From assembly GCA_963575745.1 (NCBI GenBank), contig CAUYUJ010000031.1, forward strand, positions 62,001 to 119,398: DNA of 57,398 nucleotides, given 5' to 3'. Shown here in pieces: positions 1 through 11,660 of the stretch; the first letter of the stretch is position 1, and the number at the start of each line of letters is the position of its first letter. The stretch is from Prorocentrum cordatum (lineage: Eukaryota). The position numbers and the translations under genes are program-made. The notes below the pieces were generated by a model. That model was not told where the DNA came from. It saw nothing but the letters and a program-made list of their open reading frames with translations, and did no database searches.

Positions 1-375
1 CGGGCTGTCTTCGATGTTTCGTTCCCCCGACCCGCCGTGGGGGAGCCCAACAAAAACCCGTTATGGCTTTAATGATTATGATGCCCTCGCCTCTGATGCG
101 GTGTCTTCCCCCCTCCAGCTCCGCCCCCCGCTCCTCGCCCTGTCCCTCCTCGCACCTCCTCTCATTTTCCCATTCTCCTTCTCCCCGTCCTCTCGCAGGC
201 GCAGGATAATAACACCCACGGCTGTTAATCAGAAAGGTGATGTTTTCGTTCCAGCCCTTGCTACTTTGTTTTTGCGCCTCTCGGTTTGGCATGTCGTCGG
301 CGACCCGATGTTCTTCCTCTTCTGGCCCCAGATCAGTTGTAACATGTTTCTTCTGGCCCCGTATCAGTTGTAACA

Positions 376-1090
376 GGGCCCGCCGGGGACGGAGGAGAAC
401 GGCGGCGAGCTCGACGACGGCGGCCGGCGCCCGGCGGATGTGTATATTCCCCGTTGGCGTAACGGCGCCCTGGCCGCCCTTGACTTCGCGGTCACCTCGG
501 GGCTGCGGGGCGACTTGCTCGCCGCCTCGGCTGCCGCGCCCGGCGCCGCGGCCGAGCGGTACGAGGAGCAAAAAAGCCACTTCCTCGACACCGAGCGCAG
601 CTGCGCCGCCGCCGGGATCACCTTCATTCCCATGGTGGTCGAGGCGCACGGCGGCGGCTGGGGCAGGGAGGCGCGACGCGCCCTGGCCGTCCTGGCCAAG
701 CGCGCGGCGGACGCCACGGGGGACGACCCCTCGCAGGTGGCGGCGGAGCACGCCCAGCGACTCTCGCATCTCCTCCAGAAGGAGAATGCGCGGGCCGTGC
801 TCCGCAGGCTGCAGGCGCCAGTCGGGGCGCCCGCGGCCAGGCTGGCGGCGGCCACGGCGGCTAGCGCGGCCGACGCCGCCTGAGCCACCGCCCTCCCCTG
901 ACCGCGACCACTCCCTCCACTGACCACGACCACCGCCCCCGACGCCCTGCCCCGACGACCCCCCCTGGCCTTGGCCACGACGACGACCACCTCCGTCCGC
1001 CCCCTGCTTGCTCTGCGCGGCCCCTGCTGCTTCCCTCCCTCCTTCTGGTCAGCGTCTGTTCGGTGTGTTTTTTCCTCTTGCCCCTCGTCT
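376..1090 (+). mobile_element. 3' fragment of a CRE-like (restriction-like endonuclease) non-LTR retrotransposon, 5'-truncated, with 3' UTR ending at a (CCT)n tract
   Basis: The frame ending at TGA 881-883 reads RRPADVYIP...ALDFAVTSG...YEEQK...FIPMVVEAHGG...QRLSHLLQKENARAVLRR. This matches the RPAD/LDxxV/K/FxPxxxExxG pattern of the C-terminal RLE of CRE-clade elements, recognised from memory and not searched. (CCT)n follows at 1091-1140. Confidence 0.75.
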
Positions 1091-1844
1091 TCCTCCTCCT
1101 CCTCCTCCTCCTCCTCCTCCTCCTCCTCCTCCTCCTCCTCCCGGGGCTTGGCGCCGCCGCCGCCCGTCGGCCAGCCCTGCAACAGGGCGATGGCGGCCTC
1201 TGCCTCAGGCGAAGAAGCCCGACGGCAACCGTCGCCTTTGGGCGCGGAGCCCGCCAGGCCGCGCGGCCAGCATAGGGCCCTCCAGCAAGGCGACCACTTG
1301 GGGCGCCGCGCCAAGGAGCGCTTGCGCACGGCCATCGCTCACGGCTTGAGAGTGGTTGTAGATTTAGTGGCACTGCTGGGCGTGATGTCGTCGGTGGATA
1401 GGCCTAGGAATGCTGGGGCGGTCGGTCCATGCTCAAGGAGCAGAGCGAGCGACCTGCGGCGCGCGCCTCTGGGCGGGCAGGCGCTCCAAAGGCCAGCTGC
1501 ATGGCCCCGCCCCCGTGCGTTTGTATTGGTACCATTTCTTCTAAATCAGTGCTGTCAGCACCAGACTGTTGCCTGCAGCATTTGCGAAGCGGAATTGATG
1601 GCATTGGTGGCGGCAAGTTGCGCATCATTTTCCGGGCCTTCCCGACGCAAGCGTTGTGTGTTGTTTATTGTTGACAACACGTTTCTCATCTTCGTTGTTT
1701 CCACGATGATGCGTCCGCATGGCAATACTTTGTTGGGCTTTTCTTATCATTGACCGTGGGTGTAAGTATCCCCCCAACACCAAATTATCCTGGCGAAGGT
1801 CCCAACCATATGCAGTTGTGGGTACCGCAATTGTGAATATCTAC

Positions 1845-2250
1845 TTCGGTGAAGCTCCTTATGGGGCCACGAAGCGCTGCACTGGGCGGGGGGTTTCAGT
1901 TTCCGGGACGCATGCGGACGGTCCCACTGAGGGTTTCGGTGGAGCTCCCTATGGGGCCACGAAGCGCTCTACTGAGTGAGTGAGAGTGCCAAATTGGGTT
2001 ACCGGGACGCACGCGGACGGTCCCAGTGGGGGCTTCCGTGGAGCCCCCTTATGGGGCCACGAAGCGCTGCACTGCGCGGGTGAAAATGCTAAATTGGGCT
2101 TCCGGGACGCATGCGGACGGGGGCACTGGGGCCTTCGGTGGAGCTCTCTTTGGTGCCACGAAACGCTGTACTGGGTGGGTGAAACGCAGTGAGGAGGGGG
2201 AGGAGGGCCACGAAACGCTGTACTTGGTGTGCGGGACGCATGCGGACGGT
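1845..2250 (+). repeat. Degenerate tandem repeat, ~90-100 bp unit, 4-5 copies
   Basis: The blocks GGAGCTCCCTATGGGGCCACGAAGCGCT and CCGGGACGCATGCGGACGG recur in units starting near 1845, 1936, 2036 and 2135, with a partial copy near 2205. Confidence 0.85.
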
Positions 2251-2597
2251 GGAGGATGGGGAAGAGGAGGAGAGCAGGAAAACGCGGGGACCGTCTCTTC
2301 AAAATGAGGACCCAACACCACAGGATGGCTGGGAAAAACATAGGCCTCCAGACTTCATCCCCCTCGAGACCTCTGACTCTTGGCCGCCCACTGCTGCTGC
2401 GGCCCGTTCGCAGGGGGGAACATGCAGCGACATCAACACTCAAAACTCTGAGACCCGCGCGGCTTCCTTGGATCGGCGCTGGGGCTCCTGGCGGCGCCTC
2501 TGGCGCCGCCCTTGGCGCGGCGATCCGAGGAGTCCGCGCGGACCTCCGAGAGTTTGATGTCTGTGTTTTTTGTTGTATTCCCTTGGCCTCAGGACGG

Positions 2598-2750
2598 GAA
2601 ACAACACACAGACGCCATGGACTGTCGACTCCCAGGAATCAAAGGGAAACTTTGGGAAGCGGGTGGGAAGACGAACGCCCAACAAAAATATGCGAAAATA
2701 CGGGGAATATTGGGATTTGTGTCCATTCATCTGTGCGTCCCCGAGCCCCT
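2598..2750 (+). repeat. Dispersed ~140-bp repeat family (other copies ~12022-12166, 12211-12360, 22830-22990, and inverted ~53396-53550)
   Basis: Shared motifs ACACAGACACAAT..TCGTCGA.TCCC.GG, GAAGACGA and TTTGTGTGCCCTGGGCCCC. Confidence 0.75.
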
Positions 2751-3360
2751 TGCTGGTTCTCCGTGCCCCGCCTGGGCGGGGTCGCTCGGCGCGCGCAACA
2801 CGCGCGCACGCGCGCGAGCGCTGCGGGGCACGCTCGGAGCGGTCTTCTGGGCGTTCCGAGCGGTGCCCCGGGCCCCGTGGGCGATGCCCTGACCTCGGGA
2901 GCCTTGAGACGGGGGTCAATGCAAACGGGGGTCAGCCAGAGCGCCGGATCTTGCAGGATCCTGCAGGGCCAGGGTCGCATTGACCCGGGTTTGGGTGCAG
3001 GATTTTTGCAGGATCGTGCGCATCGACCCGGGTTTGGGTGCAGGGTCTTGCAGGATTTTGCAAGGCCTGGTTGACCCTGGTCTGGATTGACCCGGGTCAG
3101 AAGATCCCCGATGACCAGTCCGGACTGCAGCCCGCGAGCAGAAGAGTAGGGGGGGGACAACGTCCGCAGACCCCCTCGAGTCACGAACAAAAATGAGGCT
3201 GCAGGGTGTGCCCCTGGGGGTCCTCACAGGTCCTCGGCAACAGAACGACTCAGGATGAAAAAACATGTCCCATGGAATCGGTCGAAACCTCTGGGGGTCA
3301 ACCTTGTGAGCAAATCATGATGTTGGTGGCCTGGGATAGTGGGGGGACATGCTCAGAGGG

Positions 3361-3730
3361 GTATGTATGTATGTATGTATGTATGTATGTATGTATGTAT
3401 GTATGTATGTATGTGTGTATGTGTGTATGTGTGTATGTATGTATGTGTGTATGCTTGTATGCATGCGTGTGTGTAGGTATGTCTGAGTAGGTCGGTCTGT
3501 CTGTTTGTCTGTCTGTAAGTCTGTTTGTATGTATGTAAGTGTGTGTATATATGTATGTACGCACCTACCTAAGTACGTACGCACGTACGTATGTATGTAT
3601 GCCTGTATGTCTATATGTCTGTATGCATGTATGCATGTATGTCTGTATGTAGGCACGTATGTGTGCATGTATGTATGCATGCATGTATGCATGTACATGC
3701 GTGTATGTATTATGCATGTCTGCATGTACA
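3361..3730. repeat. (TATG)n/(TG)n compound microsatellite
   Basis: Directly visible. Confidence 0.95.
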
Positions 3731-3736
3731 TTACCC

Positions 3737-4735
3737 GTAGCACCCTGCAGATGCGGGTAAGAGTGAGGGGGTGGTGAGACGTCGTCAGTTTGCGAGACTC
3801 GAGAAGCCCGCTGCAGGCGCCAAAGTTTCACAAAGTATGCAATGAGCCCGCCGCAGGCACCGATTTTTTCGGTAAACCAATGTGGGTAGGTCGCGGGTGG
3901 GTCGCAAATGGGTCGCGGGTGGGTCGCTGGTGGGTCGCGGGTGGGTCGCTGTTGGGTCGCGGGTGGGTCGCGGGTGGGTCGCGGGTGTGGAGGGCAAAAC
4001 GTTCACCCCATAATAATCACCCCGACAAGCGAAGCCGTTTAGTAAACGCGCACAAGGAATGAATGGAACAGGGCAGGGCTGTTTAGTAAACGCCCAAGGC
4101 CGTTTGGTAAACGTCAATTGTCGGGTCCGGGTGTTTTTTCATCCCTTGAGGGTGGGTCGCGGGGTGGGTCGCGGGTGGGTCGCGGGGTGGGTCGCGGGTA
4201 AGTCGCGGGTGGGTCGCGGGTGGGTCGCGGGGTGGGTCGCGGGTGGGTCGCGGGGTGGGTCGCGGGTGGGTCGCGGGTGGGTCGCGGGTGGGTCACGGGG
4301 TTGGTCGCGGGTGGGTCGCGTGTTGGGTCGCGGGTGGGTCGCGGGGTGGGTCGCGGGGTGGGTCGCGAGGTGGGTCTCGGGGTGGGTCGCGGGTGGGACG
4401 ACGACAAAATACAACAACAACAACAACAGCAACAACAACAACAGCAGCAGCAGCAAGAACAACAACAACTTCAACAACAACAACAATAATTTTAAGACTG
4501 TTCGCCCTTATATGCTCGAGTGTCCAATAACGCGTATTTCCCAAACCTTCGATACCCGCCCTCTTCGTCTTCGATCGAACCCCTTTTGGGGGGTATACCT
4601 TTCTTCCCTGCAGGCAGGGCCCCGGCAAGCGGCGGGGCGGCCGCGGACCGTCGGCCTGGCCAGCGGCAGCGCTGATCGGCGGGGCGGCCGCGGACCGTCG
4701 ACCCGACCCCAAGAGGGACGGACAGGGGACCGATC

Positions 4736-4771
<36 letters not shown>

Positions 4772-4784
4772 TCGACGACGTCGA

Positions 4785-4824
<40 letters not shown>

Positions 4825-5627
4825 AGCGAAAGCGAGAGCGAGAGAGAACGACAGCAGGGCCACGAAGGGCACGAAGTAGGCCACGAAGGGCGACAGCGGG
4901 GACACGAAGGGAATGCGTATGGGGCCACGAAGAGCGCGAACGAGCGGGGGCCACGACATGCAGATAATGCGGGGCCACAGAAGGCAACTATGGGGCCACT
5001 GAGGGTAGCAACTGGACCACGTAGGACAGTGAGCGGGACACAAATGGCGACAGCGGGGCCGCGAAGGGCATGCACATGGGGCCACAACGGGCGCGACTCC
5101 TGGGTGCTTGGGTGTCGGGAGCGCGGCGCTTGGGCAAATCGCAGGAAATCCCAACGCAAGTCCATTCTTCAGTAAGTTGCAAACAAGTCTCCAGCGAGAG
5201 CGCGACTCCAGAGCGCCGGGAGAGCGATTTCTAAATACATTGTAAGGAAGTCCCAAGCGAGAGCGCGATTCCTAATTAAAATGCGAGGAAGTCTCGGGCG
5301 GGAGCGGGGGTCCTGGCTAAATTGTAAGGAAGTCTCAGGCGGGAGCCGTTGTTGTTGTAACCCGGGGTCCAGGGGCCCAGTTTGAGCATCAAGACCTTCC
5401 CTGTCAAAAAACAGGGTGCGAGCGTCGAGGGGCACACTTTGATTGAGAAAGAACAGTATGCACTGGTGGGGGTGATCAACAATAATTGTTCTTCAGAAGT
5501 GAGGATTCAATAACAACAACAACAGCAACAACAACAACAACAACGCAACACTTAGAATTCTCACCACGAATTCCCTATCCAGCCACGCATCCAGGGACAA
5601 TGAATGACCGTTCGCCCCCTTCACTCT

Positions 5628-5630
<3 letters not shown>
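3737..5630 (-). mobile_element. Non-autonomous Helentron/HINE-like element, copy 1 (hairpin end on the left)
   Basis: Both ends match 16341-16942 and 49238-52366 in reverse complement. Subterminal inverted repeat AGAGTGAGGGG (3760-3770) / CCCCCTTCACTCT (5615-5627), with an adjacent hairpin at 3742-3758. Internal (GGGTGGGTCGC)n array at 3886-4397 plus CAA and GAC microsatellites. Confidence 0.6.
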
Positions 5631-5673
<43 letters not shown>

Positions 5674-5675
5674 GA

Positions 5676-5722
<47 letters not shown>

Positions 5723-5849
5723 ACACACACCTATATATATGTATATATATATATATATATACACATGTTGCCTTCAGCCCATCCCGCCACTGTGCCTAGG
5801 TTGTGGGTATGAGGCCTATCGGGTGTTCATTGGGATCTCGTGCGGGGTT

Positions 5850-6365
5850 TCTTGGGAGCCTCTTGGAGGCAGTTTGGACGCCTTTGAGGGACCGTTTGGG
5901 GGCCTCTTGGGGCGTCTTGGGGGTCTCTTTGGGCCTCCTGTGCGCCTCTTGGGGCCTCCTGGGGTCCTCTTGGGGCAGAAGGCTCGGATTTTCGCTTAGT
6001 GTTCCCTCTCTGAGGCCCCTTTCGGGACCCTCTTGGGCCATCTTGGGCGCGTCTGCCCTCTTGGGCTGTTTCGGGGCCTTCTTGGAGGCCTCTTGGGCCG
6101 TCATGGGGTTGTCTTAGAGGCCTCTCGGGCCGTCTGGAAATGTCGGGAAGCGAAGAAGTCGAGAACGCCCACATCCTTCAAACACCTAAGGGAAAACAGT
6201 GTTGTTGGCCTCTTGGGACCTCTTGGGAGGGCTCTTGGAGGCCTCTATGGGCGTCTTTGACGCCTCTGGAGCTCTCTGAGAGCCATCTTGGGCGTGTTGG
6301 CACGATCTTTCGGCGGCTCGGGGCCATTTTGGAGGGTCTTGGCAGCCTCTTGGGACTCCTTGGGC
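5850..6365 (+). repeat. Degenerate ~11-bp GGGCCTCTTGG tandem array; related array at ~36355-36465
   Basis: Recurrent CCTCTTGG motif at about 11-12 bp spacing. Confidence 0.8.
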
Positions 6366-7674
6366 CCGAAAAAGTCACGCGACAAGTGGCCGGGAACCCC
6401 AGCCACGTTAGGCGGGGATGTGCGCTCAGGAGCAACGTTAGGCGGGGATGTGCTCAGAAGGGGAGGCATCGACCCCGAATCGCCCATGCATCGCCGATGT
6501 GGGCCTGATAAGTCTGCCCCGCCCAGGATCGCTTGCACTCGCTATCGAGACCCCATCGACGATCTATCGGCGATGTGTCGCCGATTCCAGGTTAATGTTT
6601 TCCCTCAGAGGAAAGGGCATCCATGGCGAAGACAGTGTAGAGGCGAGGATGCCGATGAGCTCGGGGAGGGACGCCGAGGGTTGGCCAGCCGCAGAGCTGT
6701 TCGGCGTCCGCGTATGCCGACGAGGACGTGATGGACATGGACGACCTCTCGGTGAAGATCGATTGCAGACAGCTCGACGCGGCTCTGTGGGAGCTGCGCT
6801 GACGGCATCCTCCGCGCACAGCGAAGAAGAAGCACCGGCACAAGCATAAAAGTTCAGAGGGCCGCGCGGATCTCTTGGATCGGCGCTGGGCCCCCCTGAC
6901 GGCGCCTCCGGCGCCGCCCCTGGCACGCTACGCGCGCCAGGGAAGGAGGCCAAGCGCCGATCCACGAATTCCGCGCGGTGCTCCGAAAGTTTATGTTTCT
7001 GCAGGGAACCCTTCCTCTAGCACAGCATCGACCGATGATTTTCAGGACCTGTGTCAGTAGAACACGTAATTATCCTGTTCAGCTCCACCGATGGCATGCA
7101 GCCTTTGTTGGCCCTCGCTGCACCACTCGCGTCGTACTGAAGGGCTTCGGTGGACAAGCACACGTTGGCGCTGACACGCGTTCTGAGGATCATCGAATCG
7201 AGGGATGCGCGTGTGATCCCACCGAGACTGTAGGAATTCGGCGGAATTTGTTGAGCTTGACTCGCATCCTTACGAGAAGTGCGCTTAAGGCGCGACTGAC
7301 GGCCTCCAAGCGGCTGGCACCCGGCAAACCCACCTTCGGCTTGGCCTTTCTGTTGCTGAGTGATCTCGGCCGTATGTTGTCCTGTCCTCGGCGCGGAAAG
7401 CAACAAGCAGGGATACATCCAAGCACGCGGTCAGAGTCATGATCGGAAAGGCCGAGCTATCAGCTTCCCGGTGTGCTCGCGCATGCGAAACGCCGAGGGC
7501 CCTGCCTTGCAGTCGACTTTCGGGACCGCTCGGAGTCAGGTCTGGGCCGAAGGCGGGTTCGTTTGCATGCGAAAGGCGGGCCGCGACCCCGCGAGCGCTG
7601 GACGCGCGGAGCCAAAACGGATCGCCTGCTTCAACGCGCTCCAGGTTCAGTGTGCTTATGCGTCGTCGTGAGGT

Positions 7675-7730
<56 letters not shown>

Positions 7731-8024
7731 CATATATAGAAGAAGAACAAACACAAAGCCAAAACATTAGTTCTTGGAGCTCCGCTCGGAGGTCTGGGGT
7801 CCAGCGCCGATCCACCAATCCCGCGCGGCCCTCTAGAAATTGTGTCTATGCCGTTGGCTGTTCTTTTACCCGTGTCGGACGAAATGGGGGAATTGGGAAA
7901 GGGGGGGTCGCGAAAGTTTCTGCATGCAGCTGGTGTCGGCATCGCTGGGCCAGCGATACGTGGCCCAGCTAGCTACGTGAGTTGATCCGCACACATGCAC
8001 ACATACACAGTCATCGAGAATAAA

Positions 8025-8180
8025 CGAACCCCTAACCTTACTATCATGATGAAGACGTGGCCTCACTTAGGTCCCCGTCTTCGCATTAGGGATAATGACT
8101 CTGGGCGGTTGGGTCTAATACATCTGCAGAACAGACCCCCTATCCCTGATTGTTCTGGCGCTCCTAACTTAGGTTCCCCC
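8025..8180 (+). repeat. Dispersed repeat, second copy at ~35128-35285
   Basis: ATGAAGACGTGGCCTCACTTAGGTCCCCGTCTTCGCATTAGGG versus ATGAGGACGTGGTCTCACTGAGGTTCCCGTCTTCGCACTAGGG; similarity continues downstream. Confidence 0.8.
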
Positions 8181-8847
8181 TCAATGGATTAGGGGGTCCT
8201 GTATTGCCAATCACACGACCCTGTACTAACCCCCTCTTCCGACCCGACACCCCGGCTCTGTTCACGCGGCGGAAAATGTATTCGTATCCGCGGCCTTGCA
8301 AGAGACCCTTGGGCCACGACCCCGCTGATGCGGGGCGTTCTTTTGTCGCGGATGCCTCGCGCGGAGCGTGCCCCTGCGACCGCGCACCCGCGGGGTTGCT
8401 CCCCGGTTCCCAGGCCGCGAGGGCGCAGATATGGATATGTTCGCCGTTCGTGAGGTTGGGATCGAGCGCCATTGTCTGGCGTCCGGTGGTGCAGCTAGGG
8501 GGCCACATGCGAACCCTACCCCTACCCTCCACGATTTCTGAGGGGGAGGGTGGGGTTCACTTCGCTCGGGAGCTCCCGAGTGGAGTCAACCCCACCCTCC
8601 GTGGCCACCGCCGCGGCCGCCCCCCCCGGCAGCCTCGGGGCAGGCGCTGCCTTGCCCGAGCCCGCGTGCCGCACGCCCCGAGCCATGCTCCGAGGAGGGG
8701 GCCCCGGCATGCTCCGAGCACGCTCGAGCGCGCCCCGAGCGTGCTCCGAGCACGCTCGCAGGGGCGCACGCCCCGAGCACGCCCCGAGCACGCTCCAGCG
8801 CTGCCCCGGCGCACGCCCGGCATGCTGCGAGCGCGCTCCAGCACTGA

Positions 8848-9022
8848 ACGGGCGAAGAACGGTATATAACATAAACTTTTTCGCCGTCGGGGACATCTGC
8901 CCCTGGGCGGCTGGAAAGCTTATACCCTTACGGTGGCACCGTAGGGGTATAAATTTTCCAGCCGCCCAGGAGCAGGTGTCCCCGACGGCGAAAAAGTTTA
9001 TGTTATACCGTTCTTCGCCCGT
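8848..9022. repeat. 175-bp near-perfect palindrome with a 1-nt spacer at 8936
   Basis: Arms 8848-8935 and 8937-9022 are reverse complements apart from five transitions and one 2-nt indel. Confidence 0.95.
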
Positions 9023-11491
9023 CAAAGCACGCCCGGAGGCTGCTCCGGCGAAGAGGGGCTCTGCGTCGCACCGTCGTGCCATCGTCAGCGGCCACGCGGG
9101 TGGGGGGGGTGGGCACAGGCTCGGGGGCACCGCGGTTGCAGCCTCGGGATGCCTTCCAGCAGCCGCGCCTCGCCGAGGGCGTCCCCCGGGTGCCCGGCTT
9201 GTCGCGAAGACGGCCGCCAGAGGCCTGAGAGCTGCTGCCCGAAAGCCGCAAGGGGCAGCTCTTTCGGGGGGATAGGCTCAGGGGGGCACGCCGGGTAGGG
9301 TTGTGGACGGCGATCAATGGAGAGGAAGCATGCTGCCAAATCATTACCGGATGTATATAGATGTGTTAAACATGTCTTAGACCTGTGAAAACAAATCATG
9401 CTCTGAACATGCTTAGAACATGTTTTCGACATTTTAAACACATCTGCAATTCAATGCTAGGATTGTTAGTGTGTCCATTGCCATGGCATCCACAAGAGTA
9501 GGGGGCCTGATGAGGCCACCCCGTCCAGGAGCGGTCGGATTCGCTATCGGGGGCTATCGACTCCATCTCGGGATTTCCCCCCCCCCCCCCCCCCCCCCTC
9601 CTCCTGAGCCATGCCAGTCTCCTCCTATAGTTTTCCCCCACCTCTTCATCATGAGGCCGTGCAACGACTGCATCGCTGCCACCTAAGAGTGTCCTGATGG
9701 TCACGCTGTCGTTCCCCCCGCTCGATTGGCCACGCCGTCGCCGCTGCGTCGGCAACACCGCAGGAGGGGGAGGAGGATGAGGAGGAGAATTGCTCTGCGT
9801 CTTCTCTGGGCTCTGCTACTCTGTGCCTGTTCTGGGCACTCCGCTTTTTATATTATGTTTGCCTTTCCTGCCGATCTAGTTCGCGTTTGTCTTTCCTGCC
9901 TCTTTGGGCCTCCTGGGAGGCCTTCGTCGCCACGGCTGGCTTCGCCTCGAAATTCTGGCCAGACCGCACCCCAGGAGAGGGCCGGGGAGTAGCGATATCG
10001 GTAGTTTTGCGTGTCCCCAAATCGGGGATGCAGAACAGAGCTTCACATGGGCCCTCTAGGGCGGTTTTTGGGCCCCTGCGAGCTCCAAAAGGGGCCCTCT
10101 TAAGGCCCCCACCTGGAGGCGGCCGCACCCTTCTCTCCCTCCTCCTCTTCAGCTCCTCTCCTCAGGAAGCCTGGGAAGGAGAGGGAGAGGATGGAGCAGG
10201 AGGAGAGGGAGGAGGTGGATGAGGCCAAGGAGGTGGATGGAGGAGGAGGAGGAGGAGGAGGAGGAGGAGGAGGAGGAGGAGGAGGAGGAGGAGGAGGAGG
10301 AGGAGCATAAGGATGGAGGATGGGGATGACGGTGTAGCAAGATAAGCCGATGTAGCAGTGGCAGAAGAAGGTGGATCCTCTAAGGAGGAGAAGGAGGAGG
10401 AAGAGGAGGAGGAGGAGGCGGAGGAGGAGGCGGACGAGAGCACCCGCCTCTGGAAAAGTGGTGCAACTTTTGCAGGTTGTGTCGAAGAATCGTCGGGGGA
10501 CTTCCCTGGGGAAAGTTTTTCACCCAGGGCCCGAAGATTGTGCCCGCAGACCAAAGTTATAAAGATCCGAGGGCGACGAAAACAATTTGCATGAGGTGAA
10601 TTGCTTTTCCAGGGCAGTGTCGTGCCAGACGTACCAGGCCAGTCCCAGACATCCGGAGCTCCAGCTTTCTCAATGCTTCTACCCCTGGAGGCCTGAACAA
10701 TTGCCCTACGGCCAATTTCATCCTGAGTCTTTCGTTGGCGGTCCCAGGGCCCGTTGAGGGCTCCCGGAGGCCCAAAATTACTGAACACCGGACGCTCCAT
10801 TTTTTGGGGGAACCTCGGATCTCTAGAGTGGATCTTCTCAGAAGGAGGAGGAGGAGGAGAGCAGTTGAATGGAGGACGAGGAGGCAGGGGTCGACCAAAA
10901 CGAACATTGCTTTGGCAATTCGATATCGTGGATCGGTTTTCTCTTCATTTTCGTATTCCTTTCAATCTATGGGGCCCACCACTGGCTTATCACGACTTTG
11001 GGGATTTGCGCCGGAACTCTCTTTCTGGGCCATGGGCTGGCCCGTGTGCGTCCCACAACGCCTCAAAGCGAAAACGAAACGAAAGAACGGAACGACAACG
11101 AGCACGAATCCAAACAACGAACGCGACACGAACACGGAACGAAAACCACAGAACGTTCTCATGGGCCATCGGCCGGAGCGCTTTCGTTACGCAGCGTTTC
11201 AAAGTGACAACGACATGAAACAATGAGACGAAGACGAGCTCGAAGCGAAACAACGAACGCGACACGCACACATAACGAAAAACACGGAAGGCTCTTTTGG
11301 GCCATCGGCCGGAGCGTCTTCGTTCCACAGTGTTTCAAAGCGACAACGACATGAAACAAGGCAGGATCAGAGTCAGAGACAGAGCCCCCCCCAGCCAGGG
11401 GTCTCAGGGATGGGTTTCGGGTGGAAGGTTTCTTGTGGTCGGGCCCCATACTGTAGGGTCTACCTTCGTCCCCCCTCCCTCTCGCGATCGA

Positions 11492-11660
11492 TACAGTGGA
11501 GGCCCATGCCAAGAAACACCCTGCTTGCCTCCAAGGTGCCCTGGGGTTCTTGGATTTCGATGGTTTTGCTGTGGAGAGCGCTGTGTCCCCGCGCCAAAAA
11601 TCCATGGACGTCCTGGGGTCTCAGGGTTGGGTTTCTTGTGGAAGGCTTCTCGTGGTCGGG
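11492..11660 (+). repeat. Dispersed ~170-bp repeat family (other copies ~13652-13830, 24865-25030, inverted ~14663-14850, and a partial at 15052-15101)
   Basis: Shared GGCCCATGCCAAGAA.CACCCTGCTTGCCTCCA.GGTGCCCTGG...GGACGTCCTGGGGTCTCAGGGTTGGGTTTCTTGTGGAAGG. Confidence 0.85.

Noticed and set aside
6600..7640. Moderately complex ORFs (also 23446-23827 and 1404-1753) that could be host exons
   Set aside because: No identifiable domain, start context or splice pattern. Short dinoflagellate exons cannot be excluded without transcript data.
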